Shown: positions 10,348 through 20,859 of the stretch, one piece after another
How the letters are laid out: every line of letters begins with the position of its first letter
How positions within the stretch are numbered: position 1 is the first letter of the stretch
Assembly (NCBI GenBank): GCA_025594325.1
Contig: JANHCV010000003.1
Location: 682,001 to 746,000, forward strand
From: Blastocladiella emersonii ATCC 22665
Taxonomy: Eukaryota; Fungi; Blastocladiomycota
DNA length: 64,000 nucleotides
Direction of reading: 5' to 3'
Made by a program: the position numbers and the translations under genes
Notes under the pieces: generated by a model
Told to the model about the DNA's origin: nothing
Database searches by the model: none
The model's input: the letters and a program-made list of their open reading frames with translations, nothing else

Positions 10348-11679
10348 ATGGGCAAGGGATACAACCGCAAGCTGCGCGGCCTAATGCTCACAGCCGCCCT
10401 CGCTCTCCTGCGACGTCTCGCTGCGCGCAACGAGCGCCGCTCGTGGGAGCCTATCCGCACGTCCACGCTTTCCGGCGAGTCGTGGGGGTTCAAGAGCTGC
10501 TGACGTGCAACAGCGAAACGCGTTTTTCGGAAATCGCCTTTATGCCCCGCAAGACCTTCAAGGCCATCTGCCGCCTGTTCCGCGACCGTGGCCTTCTCGC
10601 CGACGGCCGCGAGCTGTCCGTCGAGGCGCGCTTCATGGTTTTTCTTGTCATGGCCGGCGAGGGCAGCACCAACCGCAACCTCAGGGAGCGGTTCCAAATC
10701 TCTGGCGAGACCGCGTCCAGGGTTCTGAAGCAAGTGCTCGACGCTCTGTACCGCCTGATGCCCGAGTTCATTGTCCAGCCGTCCGATTCTACGCCCGTGC
10801 ATGAGCGCATCGCCCACGACCCGAAATACGCTCCGTTCCAGAACGCGGTCGGCGCGCTTGACGGAACGCACATCCCGTTTGTTGTGCCCACTAAGCTTCA
10901 CGACTCGTTCCGAAACCGCAAGGGGACCATATACTCAAATGTCCTCGCTGCCTGCGACTTTGACTTGAACTTCACCTACGTTCTCGCAGGGTGGGAGGGC
11001 AAGGCGCATGACTCGCGCGTGCTCTCGGACGCCTTCGCCCGTGGGTTCAAGATCCCCGCCGGCCGCTTCTACCTCGCCGACGGCGGCTACGCAAACCGCA
11101 CGTCCATCATCGTGCCCTTCCGCGGTACCCGCTATCATCTTCGCGAGTTTGCCCGCGGCAAGGATGGGTACGTTCTCACTGCCATGACCATCACGTTGGC
11201 GCCATCTCATCCGCTTCATCAACGTACGTAGAGTTAAGAACCGCGAGGAGCTTTTCAATCTGCGTCACGCGTCGCTCCGCAACTCTGTTGAGCGTATCTT
11301 TGGCGTGCTCAAGAAGCGGTTCCGCGTCCTCTCGATTGGCGCGGCCTACCCAATCAAGACTCAAGTCAAGCTTGTGTACGCGCTCTGCACGCTGCACAAC
11401 ATGATCAACAAGTGGAACCAAGGCGGCGACGCCTTCTTTCGCGACGCCGAGACGGAGCTCCGGCGCGCGCGGGACGCGGCGCGTGAGGCGCGTGTGCGTG
11501 GGCGCGAGCCCCTGAACGACGAGAACGAGGAGGACGACGAGGCCGCTGTCCTCGAGGCCTCGCTGGACGGAGCTCGTCAGCGCGGTATCTCGCTTCGGAA
11601 CCGCATCGCAAATGTTCTTTGGACCGAGTACAGGCGCGTCATGGCCGCTCGTGGGACCGTCTTTGAAGGCGCGAAATGA
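10348..11679 (+). CDS. PIF/Harbinger DDE transposase (HARBI1-like), one frameshift near the N-terminus
   Basis: Catalytic motifs GALDGTH, LADGGY and LFNLRHASLRNSVERIFGVLKKRF. Intron at 11168-11231. The N-terminal RTSTLSGESW / VQELL junction is out of frame at the G5 run at ~10484-10488. Confidence 0.9.
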
Positions 11680-11979
11680 TTGTTGTACCCGCATGCATGC
11701 TGTAATATACTGATTTGTCAAGTACTATAATGTTATATAAGCGATTCTAGATGATTTGACGCGTCGCTGAGGTCAGAACGCATCGGTGGAGACGCGTCGA
11801 TCAATCACGTGACGTGTGAGACACTTTGAGAACCACGCGTTTCTCAACGAGTCGCGTCATTTTCGAGCGAAGGGTAACGATTGAAGATACGATGGACACA
11901 AAGCCAGATGTATTGGACACAAATGGGCGAGAACAAGGCCAGGAAGCAACGCGAGGGGAGGGGGACATGTGCGAGAGAG

Positions 11980-13109
11980 CTACTGAATGAAAAACTCGAG
12001 GACGCGCTTGCGCTTCGATTCGGACACGGCCATGACGCGAAGCGCTTGATCCTCGGTCAGGCGGGTGGCGACGTCGATCTGGTACTCTTCATTGTCATTG
12101 TACGCGTCCTGGACCCATTCAAGTGCGGCGGTCAGAACGGGCTTGGAGTCGGCGGTTGAGACGCTCTGGAACACCTCCTTGATGCCCATGAGGAATTCCG
12201 AGTCCGAGAGGCGACGCGAGCTGCTGTCCGAAGTGCGGCTGCGCTTGCTGGCGGGGGCCGCGTCGTCTTGACCATCAACACCTTCCACGTCACCAGACTC
12301 CTTGCCGTCCTGCTCGAGGTGCGAGTACTTGCCGGTGGCGGTCGAGCTGCCCCACAGCATGTTGGCCTTCTTGTAGTACGGGAAGGGCTTGCAGCCCGCA
12401 GTCAGCTCCTCCTTGAGCTCTGCCTACAATTGAAGCAGGCCAGGCGCTGTTAGCTCGCCGCGAGTTGACGCGTAACGATATTGAACAAACGTACCGAGAG
12501 ATCGTTCCAGAACTCCTCTGGCACGTCGACCGTGCACTCACCCTCATTCCAGGTGCAGCCGTTGCCCGAGTACGACAGAAGCCGTTTTACAGCGCGAAAA
12601 CAAGTGCGAAGCTGGAGCCGAACGCTGACGTTGTTAGCGCTACGGTTGACGCGTGTCCGCAAGACAAAGCGTACGTATGTCGCGCGGTTCTTGACCTGCT
12701 CCGCCGTAAACTGCATGTTGAACTCGTCCGACAGGGCCTGGGCAATCGACACACGGTGCTGGGCCTTGAGCGTGTTGCTGTCGCCGAGCACGCCGTCGTC
12801 AGCGAGGTTGCAGAAGTGGTCGAGGAGGAAGTTGGTCGACGCGGAGCAGAAGGTGGCCTTGCCGCCGCTGGCCTTGCCGCTGCTGGCCTTGCTGCCACTG
12901 GCCTTGCGCTTGCTTGGCTTGGCGATGGTCACGGGCGGCAGCGGGTTGGTCGGCGTGACAGCAGCGTTGCCGTCGCTCCCAGCAGCGTCGTCATCTGCAT
13001 CCTCGTCGCTATCGGCGGGCGGCGGCGGGATTTCGGGCACGTTCTTGACGATCTCCTCGATGGACATGGCCGTACGGCCAGCGCGCTTTTTGCTTGACGG
13101 GGGAGCCAT
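11980..13109 (-). CDS. Harbinger accessory Myb/SANT-like DNA-binding protein
   Basis: Exons 13109-12675, 12611-12495 and 12423-11980 splice in frame. FTAEQVKNR...LRTCFRAVKRLLSYSGNGCTWN...VDVPEEFW...KPFPYY is typical of the Myb/SANT-like second ORF of Harbinger elements. Confidence 0.85.
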
Positions 13110-13364
13110 TCTTTTCGGCTTTGAGGGAGGACGGGGGAGAGAGAGCGAGTTACTTTGGAGGAAAACGGCGTTTATATAGGCCGGGGAGCACAGCCTGAAG
13201 GTTTCGGGGGCGAGCAGACGGGCGATTCAGCGACGAGGGTTCCATTCAGCTCACCCGGGGGTCGAACCAAACGCCGCGATGAACGCGACGGGGTGAAAAT
13301 GCCACGTTTCAGCTGGGTGAACACCGGACCGTGTAAAATCGATTGATCCACCTGATTCACCCCG

Positions 13365-13379
13365 GAACCAAACGGGCCC
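13365..13379 (-). repeat. Right terminal inverted repeat of the Harbinger element
   Basis: GAACCAAACGGGCCC, the exact reverse complement of the left TIR, followed by TTA. Confidence 0.95.
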
Positions 13380-14346
13380 TTAGACCGGTCCCTCGCCTGG
13401 ATTCGGCCCCACATAGGGTATACTCATATAAATGCACTTCCACCTACTCGAAGCGGCCCGCATAGGGCCCGCGCACGCCATCTTGAGCGACACTGAAGCG
13501 AGAAACCTCACCTGAAGGCGCGGCCGACCACGGCCCCGGTCTCCCCTTGTTGGAGCACCGACATAGCCTCACGATTAACGACGCGATTCGCCACGAACCC
13601 CTTCGCGGTACTCGTCCGGCCTCGCCACGATCAACGTCACCATCGACGATGAGGTTCAGAGATCACAGCGGCCGCGGAATTATTTACTGCCGGCCATGAC
13701 GGCGCTGCCTTGGCGGCCGCCCACTTGCTTCAAAACACTCAGCCCCGCGCCCGCGGGCGCCCAAATGGGAACAGGCATCATGAGAGCATCATGACACACG
13801 GGATCAACCTAGCAATTATGCGGGAGCACCACGAAGTGGCGCGCGCGTGAATGCACTGAAGTGGCTCACGGCCTTGGCGATCACGCTGACGCGGGCCACG
13901 GCGAAGCGAGACCGCATACACGGATCGCTGGCCACTCCCCTTAAGCTTCTCGTACCCGCGCAGAAGAACGTATCTCCCTTCCCCTCAGAACTTCGACGCA
14001 TCGCACGCATATATCGCTGCACCATCCCGCGTCCTCTCCCCGTTCTATCAACGCCTCAGTTTCCTCATCGGCAACCGCCATCACCGTTCCCATCACGGTC
14101 AAGCGCCCCCGCTCGCACGCAGCAGGTTCCGCGCCACATCTCCCCAAAGTCGATCCTCCGACTCCATCCTACCTCGTCATCCGGTTTCCTACCCGGTGAT
14201 TACGTCGCTCGCCCCATCGGTAGCTGCCTCTTTGGTATGGCTCCTCGCGATCCTCATGGAATGCTCGCGCGGGATGAGGCGATGGAAGGAGAGAAGAACG
14301 TCGCGTAGCAGTTTCACTTACGCGTGTTGCACGCTTGCCTACAGAA

Positions 14347-16785
14347 ATGAGCTCGACTGGCAGCTCGTCCTCGGGCTCGCAGGCGCACTCGGACGCCCTG
14401 TTTGGTTTCGCCGCTGGCGGCGACCACGGGTCGGAGCCCGCCATGTCGGTCACCTCGAACCGCAGCGACAGCATCAACGGGACCATCATCATCACGCTCC
14501 CCGTCGCCAACGACGGGATCACGGAGCTCGCTACGGCTGAACTTGTGGCCACGGGCGACGTGGCGCTCGACGAGGAGGCCCAGCAGGAGGCCATTGAGCT
14601 GTACCTCGCGGACCAAGCGCGTCACGCGGCCACGGAGGCTGGGCTCTACGAGCTCGACGAGCAGACCTGGGTCACCATCACCACGGCTGCCGGCTGCCCA
14701 GCGCTCAACGTGCAGGTCTCGGTCGCCGTCAACCTGCTCGAGACCTACCCGAACTCGTTCGACCACCTGGTGCGCAAGTCCAACCTGGCTCGCGACCTTG
14801 TGCTGCACGGCGCTCCCATCGACGCGCTGCCCTCGCTCATCGCCACGCCGCCCGCCGAGATCAACGCCGAATCGGTCGCCTGGGCCATCACCGAGATCCG
14901 CGCCGCCAAAGCGGACGCGCCGGACGCGGTAGATGACGCCCGCGAGGCTCTCCTCAAGTCAGAGTCGCGCGTCGAGCGCCTCCACGGCCAGGTCATGGAG
15001 ATGACGGAGCGTCACGGCAAGCAGCTCGCCGCCGCCGAGGCTGGCCGCCGCGAGCTCGTCGACCAAATGGCGGTGCTGGAGTACGAGCGCGACGAGGCGC
15101 GTGACGAGGCCAAGAAGCACCTGCGCGGCCAGCTCAAGGCCGAGGGTGCCATGGAGTACCTCGAGTCGCAGAACGCGGCCATGCGCGCCGAGCACGACCG
15201 CAACGTGTCGGCCCAGAACCTCCAGAACGCCCGCGAGGTCACGAACGCGGGCCGCCCGCCGGGGTTCGCTTTTGGCGGGTCATTCGCCAGCGGCGGCGGC
15301 AACGTCAGGCTCAGCTTCGGTCAGCCGCGTGGTTCCGCCTACAGCAGCTCGGCGTCGTCCACGGCCGGCTCGGTCGCTTCGCGTCGGCCCAAACTCGTCC
15401 CGCGCGGTTCCGCCAGCACTGGCTCGGCGCGGACCCCCGTGGGCGCGTCGCTCGGCGGCGGCGGTGACATGGCCGCGGCCATGCTCCAGGTCCAGAAGTA
15501 CCACGACTGTAAGGGCGAGGTGCCGAGCGCCGAGCCGCCGGTCTTCTCGACGTGGGACGGCCAGGTCGGACGCAGCGCGCGCGAGTGGATGCGCGCCGCG
15601 CGGGTCGCGGCCGCGGGCAAGCACCTCGACGACCTGCTCATCATGACCCCCATGGAGTGGATGGAGAAGCACCCCAACTTCCCCGGCAGCAGCACGGCCA
15701 AGATCGAGCGCGCCAGCACCAACCTCCGCGACGCTCTCGCCATCGCGCTCCCTACGCTCGGCGGGCAGGGCGTGCTGTGCGAGCACCACCAGTGGGCGTG
15801 CGAGCTGTGGTGCCGGATCCACGACGATTGCGCTCGCCCGACCTCCAAGGAGGCCAAGGACCGCCTGCGCGAGATGTACGGGTTCAAGCCCAAGCAGTTC
15901 CAGTCGCAGATCGATTACCTCGAGCAGCTGCAGAAGAAGTGGAACGAGTACGAGGAGATCTGCTACGCGCTGTCCTCGATCAAGCCGGTGATGCGGGCCG
16001 ACATGAACGACCACCTCATCGCCTTCATTGGCGACGGCATGGGCCGGCTCCTCCCCATGTTCGCGACCTCGCTCGTCAACCTGTTCCCCGGCCAAGATGT
16101 CGGTACTCTGATGCCGAACGTCCTGTTCACGACGGCCCGCAAAATGATCGAGCAGGACCACCCGGAGGACGCCAAGGCCCGCCCGAAGCACCTGTGGCGC
16201 AGCATGCGTCTCGGCCAGAACGCCTCGGGCGCGGGGTTGAAGCGCGTCAACGACGGCGACGACTCGAACCTGCAGTGCAAGCGCTGTGACGCCCGCGGGC
16301 ACACGGCCGCGAATTGCCGCACCAAGTTCCCCAAGGCCGACCATCACCGCAGCGACCGAGGTGGTCGCGGCGGCCGCCGTGGAAACGGTCGTGGTCGCGG
16401 AAACGGCTGTGGTGGTGGCTCCGGCTCTAGCCGTGGTGGACACGGCGGCAGCGGCGGCTCCAAGGACGCATCGGGCGGTTCGGGCGGCGCAAGCTCGGGT
16501 TCCGCGAACCCGTCGTCGACCAGCAGTACCTCGCCCGCCGGTGGCATCGTCGCGGCGGCCCTGAACGACGCGCCGCGCGACCAGATGACGGCCAACCACC
16601 TCGAGGACGCCGACGACGCGCACGACGGCCTGCAGAAGATTTACCTCGATTCCTGCGCCTCGTTCTCCATCACGGGCAACCTCGGCCACGTCCATGATCC
16701 GCAGCCCATCGCGGGCGGGTCGGTGCTCAAGACGTACGATGGCGAGGGCCACAACTTCACGCACAAGGGCTCCATCTGCGGTCAG
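14347..16785 (+). mobile_element. Truncated Ty1/copia LTR-retrotransposon remnant (gag-PR only)
   Basis: CCHC knuckle followed by an LDSCAS protease motif in the copia order. The pol remainder and 3' LTR are absent. Confidence 0.75.
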
Positions 16786-17220
16786 CTGCGGGACGATCGC
16801 CGATCCGCGTATGCCCGTTCGCGTCGATCTCGCTCGCGTTCTCGTGACAATCAGCGCCCCGAATCTGCTCGGCGTCGCAGTAGCAGCCCTTACGGGAGCC
16901 GCGACCGCGGTGCCTCTGGTGTCAAGGTTGATCCCGCGCCAGCTCGAATCTTGCCGTGTGTGAGCCGAGGCCGTGAATCGCACGTCGTTGCACCGGCGAC
17001 AGGTGCACCTGCTGCGTCTTTCCTTCCCCCGTCGTTCATGACCACGACGCATCCAGGCATCTCAAGCGGACCTGACTCGGTAAACAATCCTCATCCTTGT
17101 CCGCCGCTGCTTCCATCTCAATCTATCACCACGCTCCCCAATGCCGCTCCGAGCTCAATGCTCTCACCTGCACTGTTCACCCTGCAGGCTCGGTTACTAG
17201 CCCCGCGAAACGGCGACTAG
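14347..17220 (+). CDS. Chimeric ORF (~957 aa): Ty1/copia Gag + start of protease fused in frame to an RS/Pro-rich tail
   Basis: Coiled-coil N-terminus; gag-like ELWCRIHDD...DYLEQL region; CCHC knuckle CKRCDARGHTAANC (16276-16317); copia protease motif IYLDSCASFSITGN (~16639-16680). From ~16785 it switches to RRSRSRSRD... and ends LFTLQARLL. No integrase, RT or RNase H. Confidence 0.75.
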   Translation: MSSTGSSSSGSQAHSDALFGFAAGGDHGSEPAMSVTSNRSDSINGTIIITLPVANDGITELATAELVATGDVALDEEAQQEAIELYLADQARHAATEAGLYELDEQTWVTITTAAGCPALNVQVSVAVNLLETYPNSFDHLVRKSNLARDLVLHGAPIDALPSLIATPPAEINAESVAWAITEIRAAKADAPDAVDDAREALLKSESRVERLHGQVMEMTERHGKQLAAAEAGRRELVDQMAVLEYERDEARDEAKKHLRGQLKAEGAMEYLESQNAAMRAEHDRNVSAQNLQNAREVTNAGRPPGFAFGGSFASGGGNVRLSFGQPRGSAYSSSASSTAGSVASRRPKLVPRGSASTGSARTPVGASLGGGGDMAAAMLQVQKYHDCKGEVPSAEPPVFSTWDGQVGRSAREWMRAARVAAAGKHLDDLLIMTPMEWMEKHPNFPGSSTAKIERASTNLRDALAIALPTLGGQGVLCEHHQWACELWCRIHDDCARPTSKEAKDRLREMYGFKPKQFQSQIDYLEQLQKKWNEYEEICYALSSIKPVMRADMNDHLIAFIGDGMGRLLPMFATSLVNLFPGQDVGTLMPNVLFTTARKMIEQDHPEDAKARPKHLWRSMRLGQNASGAGLKRVNDGDDSNLQCKRCDARGHTAANCRTKFPKADHHRSDRGGRGGRRGNGRGRGNGCGGGSGSSRGGHGGSGGSKDASGGSGGASSGSANPSSTSSTSPAGGIVAAALNDAPRDQMTANHLEDADDAHDGLQKIYLDSCASFSITGNLGHVHDPQPIAGGSVLKTYDGEGHNFTHKGSICGQLRDDRRSAYARSRRSRSRSRDNQRPESARRRSSSPYGSRDRGASGVKVDPAPARILPCVSRGRESHVVAPATGAPAASFLPPSFMTTTHPGISSGPDSVNNPHPCPPLLPSQSITTLPNAAPSSMLSPALFTLQARLLAPRNGD

Positions 17221-17692
17221 CAGCAGCTCAGCCTGGTGTCGCAGCTTCGTATATCACCACCGCGTTGATGCGAATGAATGTATTGTTTATTCAGTGACCT
17301 TGACACGCTCAGGATCAAGTGTATGACTGGAAAGCGGGCCGGCTCGATGCAGTACACGCAGTGAGGATATCACGAGGCGCATCGCGGCTTCAAACGTTGC
17401 GTGAACTCAACTCGATGATACTTCTTTCAACGGAACGCGAGAATAAGACGTTGCAGCGAGTGTAATGAGCCCGTCCGTGAAACTGGATGGTGCTCTCGTA
17501 CACACGCAAGGTCGCGCCACACGCGAGACAGCGGGAGACGCGTCGCGAAATCATGTGCCCTGACGTCACTGGAGCTAAATCGTCGCGTCCAGTGCGCCAC
17601 CACAGCCCCCTTTCTTCGTCCCTGCTTCCGCTTCCGCTTCCTCTCTCCCCTTGCTGGAGCAGGCGGACATGCAGCAAACGCCGTAAGCCACC

Positions 17693-20598
17693 ATGAATCG
17701 CCACCACCATGCATCCCTGCCGCCCCGGCCACCCGGGGGAATGCCGCCGCCGCGAACGTCCTACCGCCCAGCGAGGGCGCCTGCAGCGGCAGACACCGCA
17801 GACCCGCGAGCCGTAGGCCAGTTCCGCCGTCCTCCTGCGCCAGCTCGTGCGCCAGCCCACGCGCCTGGGCCTGTCCCTGCGCGCGTTGCGGCGCCGCCCG
17901 CTCCGCCGCCGAGGCCCCCTGTTCCGCGTGTGTGGCCTGCCCCGCCGCCCGCGCGGCCGGGCGTGCCAGACTTGAGCTTCCGTGCCGCAGACGACGAGGC
18001 GCACTGCTACACCCAAACCGTGCTCGGCGCCTACAAGATTACCCTCGCGGATCACGTCGACACGGACGTGCTCCCCGTCCGCACGGTCTGCGTCCGCAAC
18101 CTGTCTGCTTCCGCGAGTCGCGCTGCCGTCGAGAAGGCGATCTGGGAGAAGGTCGGCATGTGCGAGATCCACTTCCCGCAGGCCCAGACAAGAACCGTCG
18201 CGGTTCTCTTCTTCGTACGTCTTTCACCGCTGCTGCCGCTCACTGCGACGCTTCGTCTCACCCGCTTGTCTTTTCTAGAACGACGTGCGCGACGCTGTCC
18301 TTGCGAGGTGGCGTCTCAACCGTGCCAGTCTTCTCGGGCAGCTGGTGTACGCGACCTTCATGCCTCGCGTCCACGGTGCCACGACGCGGCGTGTTCCTTG
18401 CCATCGCGATGACACCGAGAGCTCCCTGCTGGTCATCTTGCACCCTTCACATGGCAGAAAGGCTTCGCCTCAGCACTTCGAGACGCTCTGGGACGAAGTG
18501 CGGCGCTACGGCGAGCTCTTCCGCGTCTATCGTCTCGACAATCCTCGGCCTGGGTGCGTGATTTCCCCTAACCTACACTGCAACGACTACCAACTGACGC
18601 TGTGCCCGCAGTGACTATGTATGCCTTCCCAATGAAACCGCCGCCTTCTTTGAGTTCTTTGACGTCACGCACCGGCGTGCTGTCCGCGACGCCCTCCACG
18701 GCACGATGATCGACGGGCACCGCGTGACTGCCGAGCCCGCATGGGATACTTCTTCTGCGTACGTCGTCTCGCTTCGTCTCCTTGGCCCCCGTCGTGCGAA
18801 AGCTTGTCGGCTGACGCGTTCTCTTGTCCTGTGTAGGGTGATTGCGGAACGGCTGAGGACGCAAACCATTCAGCCCGCTCCAGGCTTCTGGGACTTTCTC
18901 GCTCCGCCTGACGACGATCTTGACCGACGGCGCGACCGGGGGCGTGGTCGCAGTCGCAATCCACTGCCCCGGCACCAGCGGAGCCCGAGCCCGGCCTGTG
19001 AGCCGGAACGGTCTCGCTCGTGCACGCCGTCACCACCTCCTCTCGATCGCTGCCGCAGCCGCGACCGCCCTCGCGTCCAGCCTCGCGGCGCGGTCGACGC
19101 ATGTGATCCTCGCCGACGCGATCCACCGACTCGCCCGTCTTCGCCATCTCCTCGCCGCGACGACGGACGATTCGGGCCACGTGCTGCTTCTCCTCGGGTC
19201 CATCCCCGCGGCGCGGGTGATGCGTGCGAACGTCGCCGACGTGCTTCACCAGCGCGTCCGCCCTCACCATCACGCCGCCGTACCGATGGCAAATTCGGAC
19301 TGCGCGCTGCTACTCCTCGTGTCCAGCCTCGCAACTCGAAGAAGCCATACGACCGTCGCCGACGTACATCACCAGCGCGTCCGTCCTCGCCACCTCTTCG
19401 TCGCGCCGATGGCGGATTCGGGCCACCCGCGGCTCCGCCTTCGCTCGCGACCCCACCGCGCAACCTATCCGACACGCCCGCACGCTCGGCGAGAAGCCCC
19501 ACTCGCGGCCAGGCCACCGCCGTCCAGCCCGAGATTGAGTGCCTTCCTTCGCCCGCATCCACGGCGATGACGTCGCCGTCCCGCACCTCGGCCATCCACT
19601 CATATTCGCTCCTTCCGCCGACGCTCGTGCTTCCGCCCGCTGCCGCACCATCCGCGCCACCTCCTTCTGGCTCGGTGCTCTCGTCGGTCCTCACCGCGTC
19701 GTCGCTCTCGCTCGTGAGCGGTTCGTCGTGGGCGCCCGCGGTGTTCGACATCGAGTCAATTCCCTCCGTATACCTTCCTCCACCACCCGAACAGCCGATC
19801 TACGTGCACGCCGACCTGGTGCAACCGCTCCCCGCCGCGGGCCGCGACGACGAACCACCGGGCTCGCGACCGCGACCCGAAGTGGCCGTCGCCCCATCGA
19901 CCGCTCTTCCGGATCTTCCTGCGTCTCCCGAAGAGCCGATTCCTGCTTCCGCTGAGGAGCTCTCGATCTTCGCGGCGGCCGCGCTGGACTCGGAACCCGA
20001 GCCGGAACCCGAGGTCATCGCCTTCTGTCGTCCAGCCCAACCGCCAGCCGCCGCGCCGTGTCCGCTCGGGGATGCGCCGCGACCGATTCAGCAGTCGCCC
20101 GTTCGTTGCGCCAGCCCCCACGCAGACGCGCCGCCGCCGATTCAGCAGTCGCCTCCGCGTCGCCCAAGTCCCTATGCGGGCGCGCCGCCGTTGCCGATTC
20201 AGCAGCCGCCCGCTCACGGCTCGGGCCGCCATGCTGACGCGCCAGGGCCGATCCAGGAGACGGCGTCGCAGCTGCTCGGGTACGCGCTGCAGCTGATCCA
20301 GCCGTCGCCCGATCCTCGCCCGCAGCCAGACGATTCCCGTGCACTTCAGCCGCCTTCGGCTTCCCGCTTGCCCGAGGACGCGCCACTACCGGTCCAGCCA
20401 ATTTCCGCTCCACCCCGCCCGCCTGCAGACGCGCCTCCCGCCTCGCAGCCGGCCCGGGTCGCGCCACGCCCGATCGTGTGGCCGTCCGAGGCACCTCCGC
20501 CGCCGACGAACAGGCCGCGGCCGATCGTGTGGCCGCCTGAGGCGCCCCCGAGCGGAAAGAAGCCGCAGCCGATCGTGTGGCCTCCCGCGCCGCGATGA
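17693..20598 (+). CDS. Mei2-like tandem-RRM protein with RS/Pro-rich repetitive tail, copy 7 (intact)
   Basis: Exons 17693-18214, 18279-18553, 18612-18758 and 18837-20598 splice in frame. Motifs: LPVRTVCVRNL, NDVRDAVLARWRLN, RVPCHR, FFEFFDV, EPAWD. Confidence 0.75.
19075..19443 (+). repeat. Three 123-bp (41-aa) coding tandem repeats in copy 7
   Basis: Units start at 19075, 19198 and 19321: VQPRGAVDACDPRRR..DGRFG / VHPRGAGDACERRRR..DGKFG / VQPRNSKKPYDRRRR..DGGFG. Confidence 0.85.
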
Positions 20599-20859
20599 TC
20601 TCGCGGCGGGGCACTGCAGCGCGCCTGTCTACAAACTCATTCTATACACTATCAACTTTGACTACTCCGAACCCCTCACTTATGGAAACATCAGCGTCAA
20701 CTCGTGAGCGAGTCCAAGCGGCCGCGGTGCGAGACAGCCTGCGAGACGCGACGAGGAATCATGTGATCGTTGAACGGAAGGCTTGATCTCGTCGTATGCG
20801 AGCTGTCCAGCTGCCGCCGTCGAGCTCTCCCCGTCCCCGATCGCATCGCCAATGCACAA

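Larger units (their letters stand above)
10132..13379. mobile_element. Full-length PIF/Harbinger DNA transposon (3248 bp)
   Basis: Perfect 15-bp TIRs GGGCCCGTTTGGTTC at 10132-10146 and 13365-13379; TTA target-site duplication at 10129-10131 and 13380-13382; convergent DDE transposase and Myb/SANT genes. Confidence 0.95.

Noticed and set aside
13383-13515. Continuation of copy 6 (rest of intron 1 and exon 2) after the Harbinger TSD
   Set aside because: No AG acceptor followed by a [YF]DL..RVPC exon; similarity is too weak.
13383-14346. 5' LTR and primer-binding site of the copia remnant (TGTTGG at 13548, TGGTATGG at 14233)
   Set aside because: No second LTR to compare, no CA end next to a convincing tRNA-complementary PBS, so boundaries cannot be supported.
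15280-17052. Long antisense and alternate-frame ORFs (this one and many others, e.g. 33419-34888, 57613-59790, 38888-40405)
   Set aside because: They are shadows of real GC3-rich genes; stop codons are rare at this GC content and the translations are low-complexity Arg/Gly/Ala.
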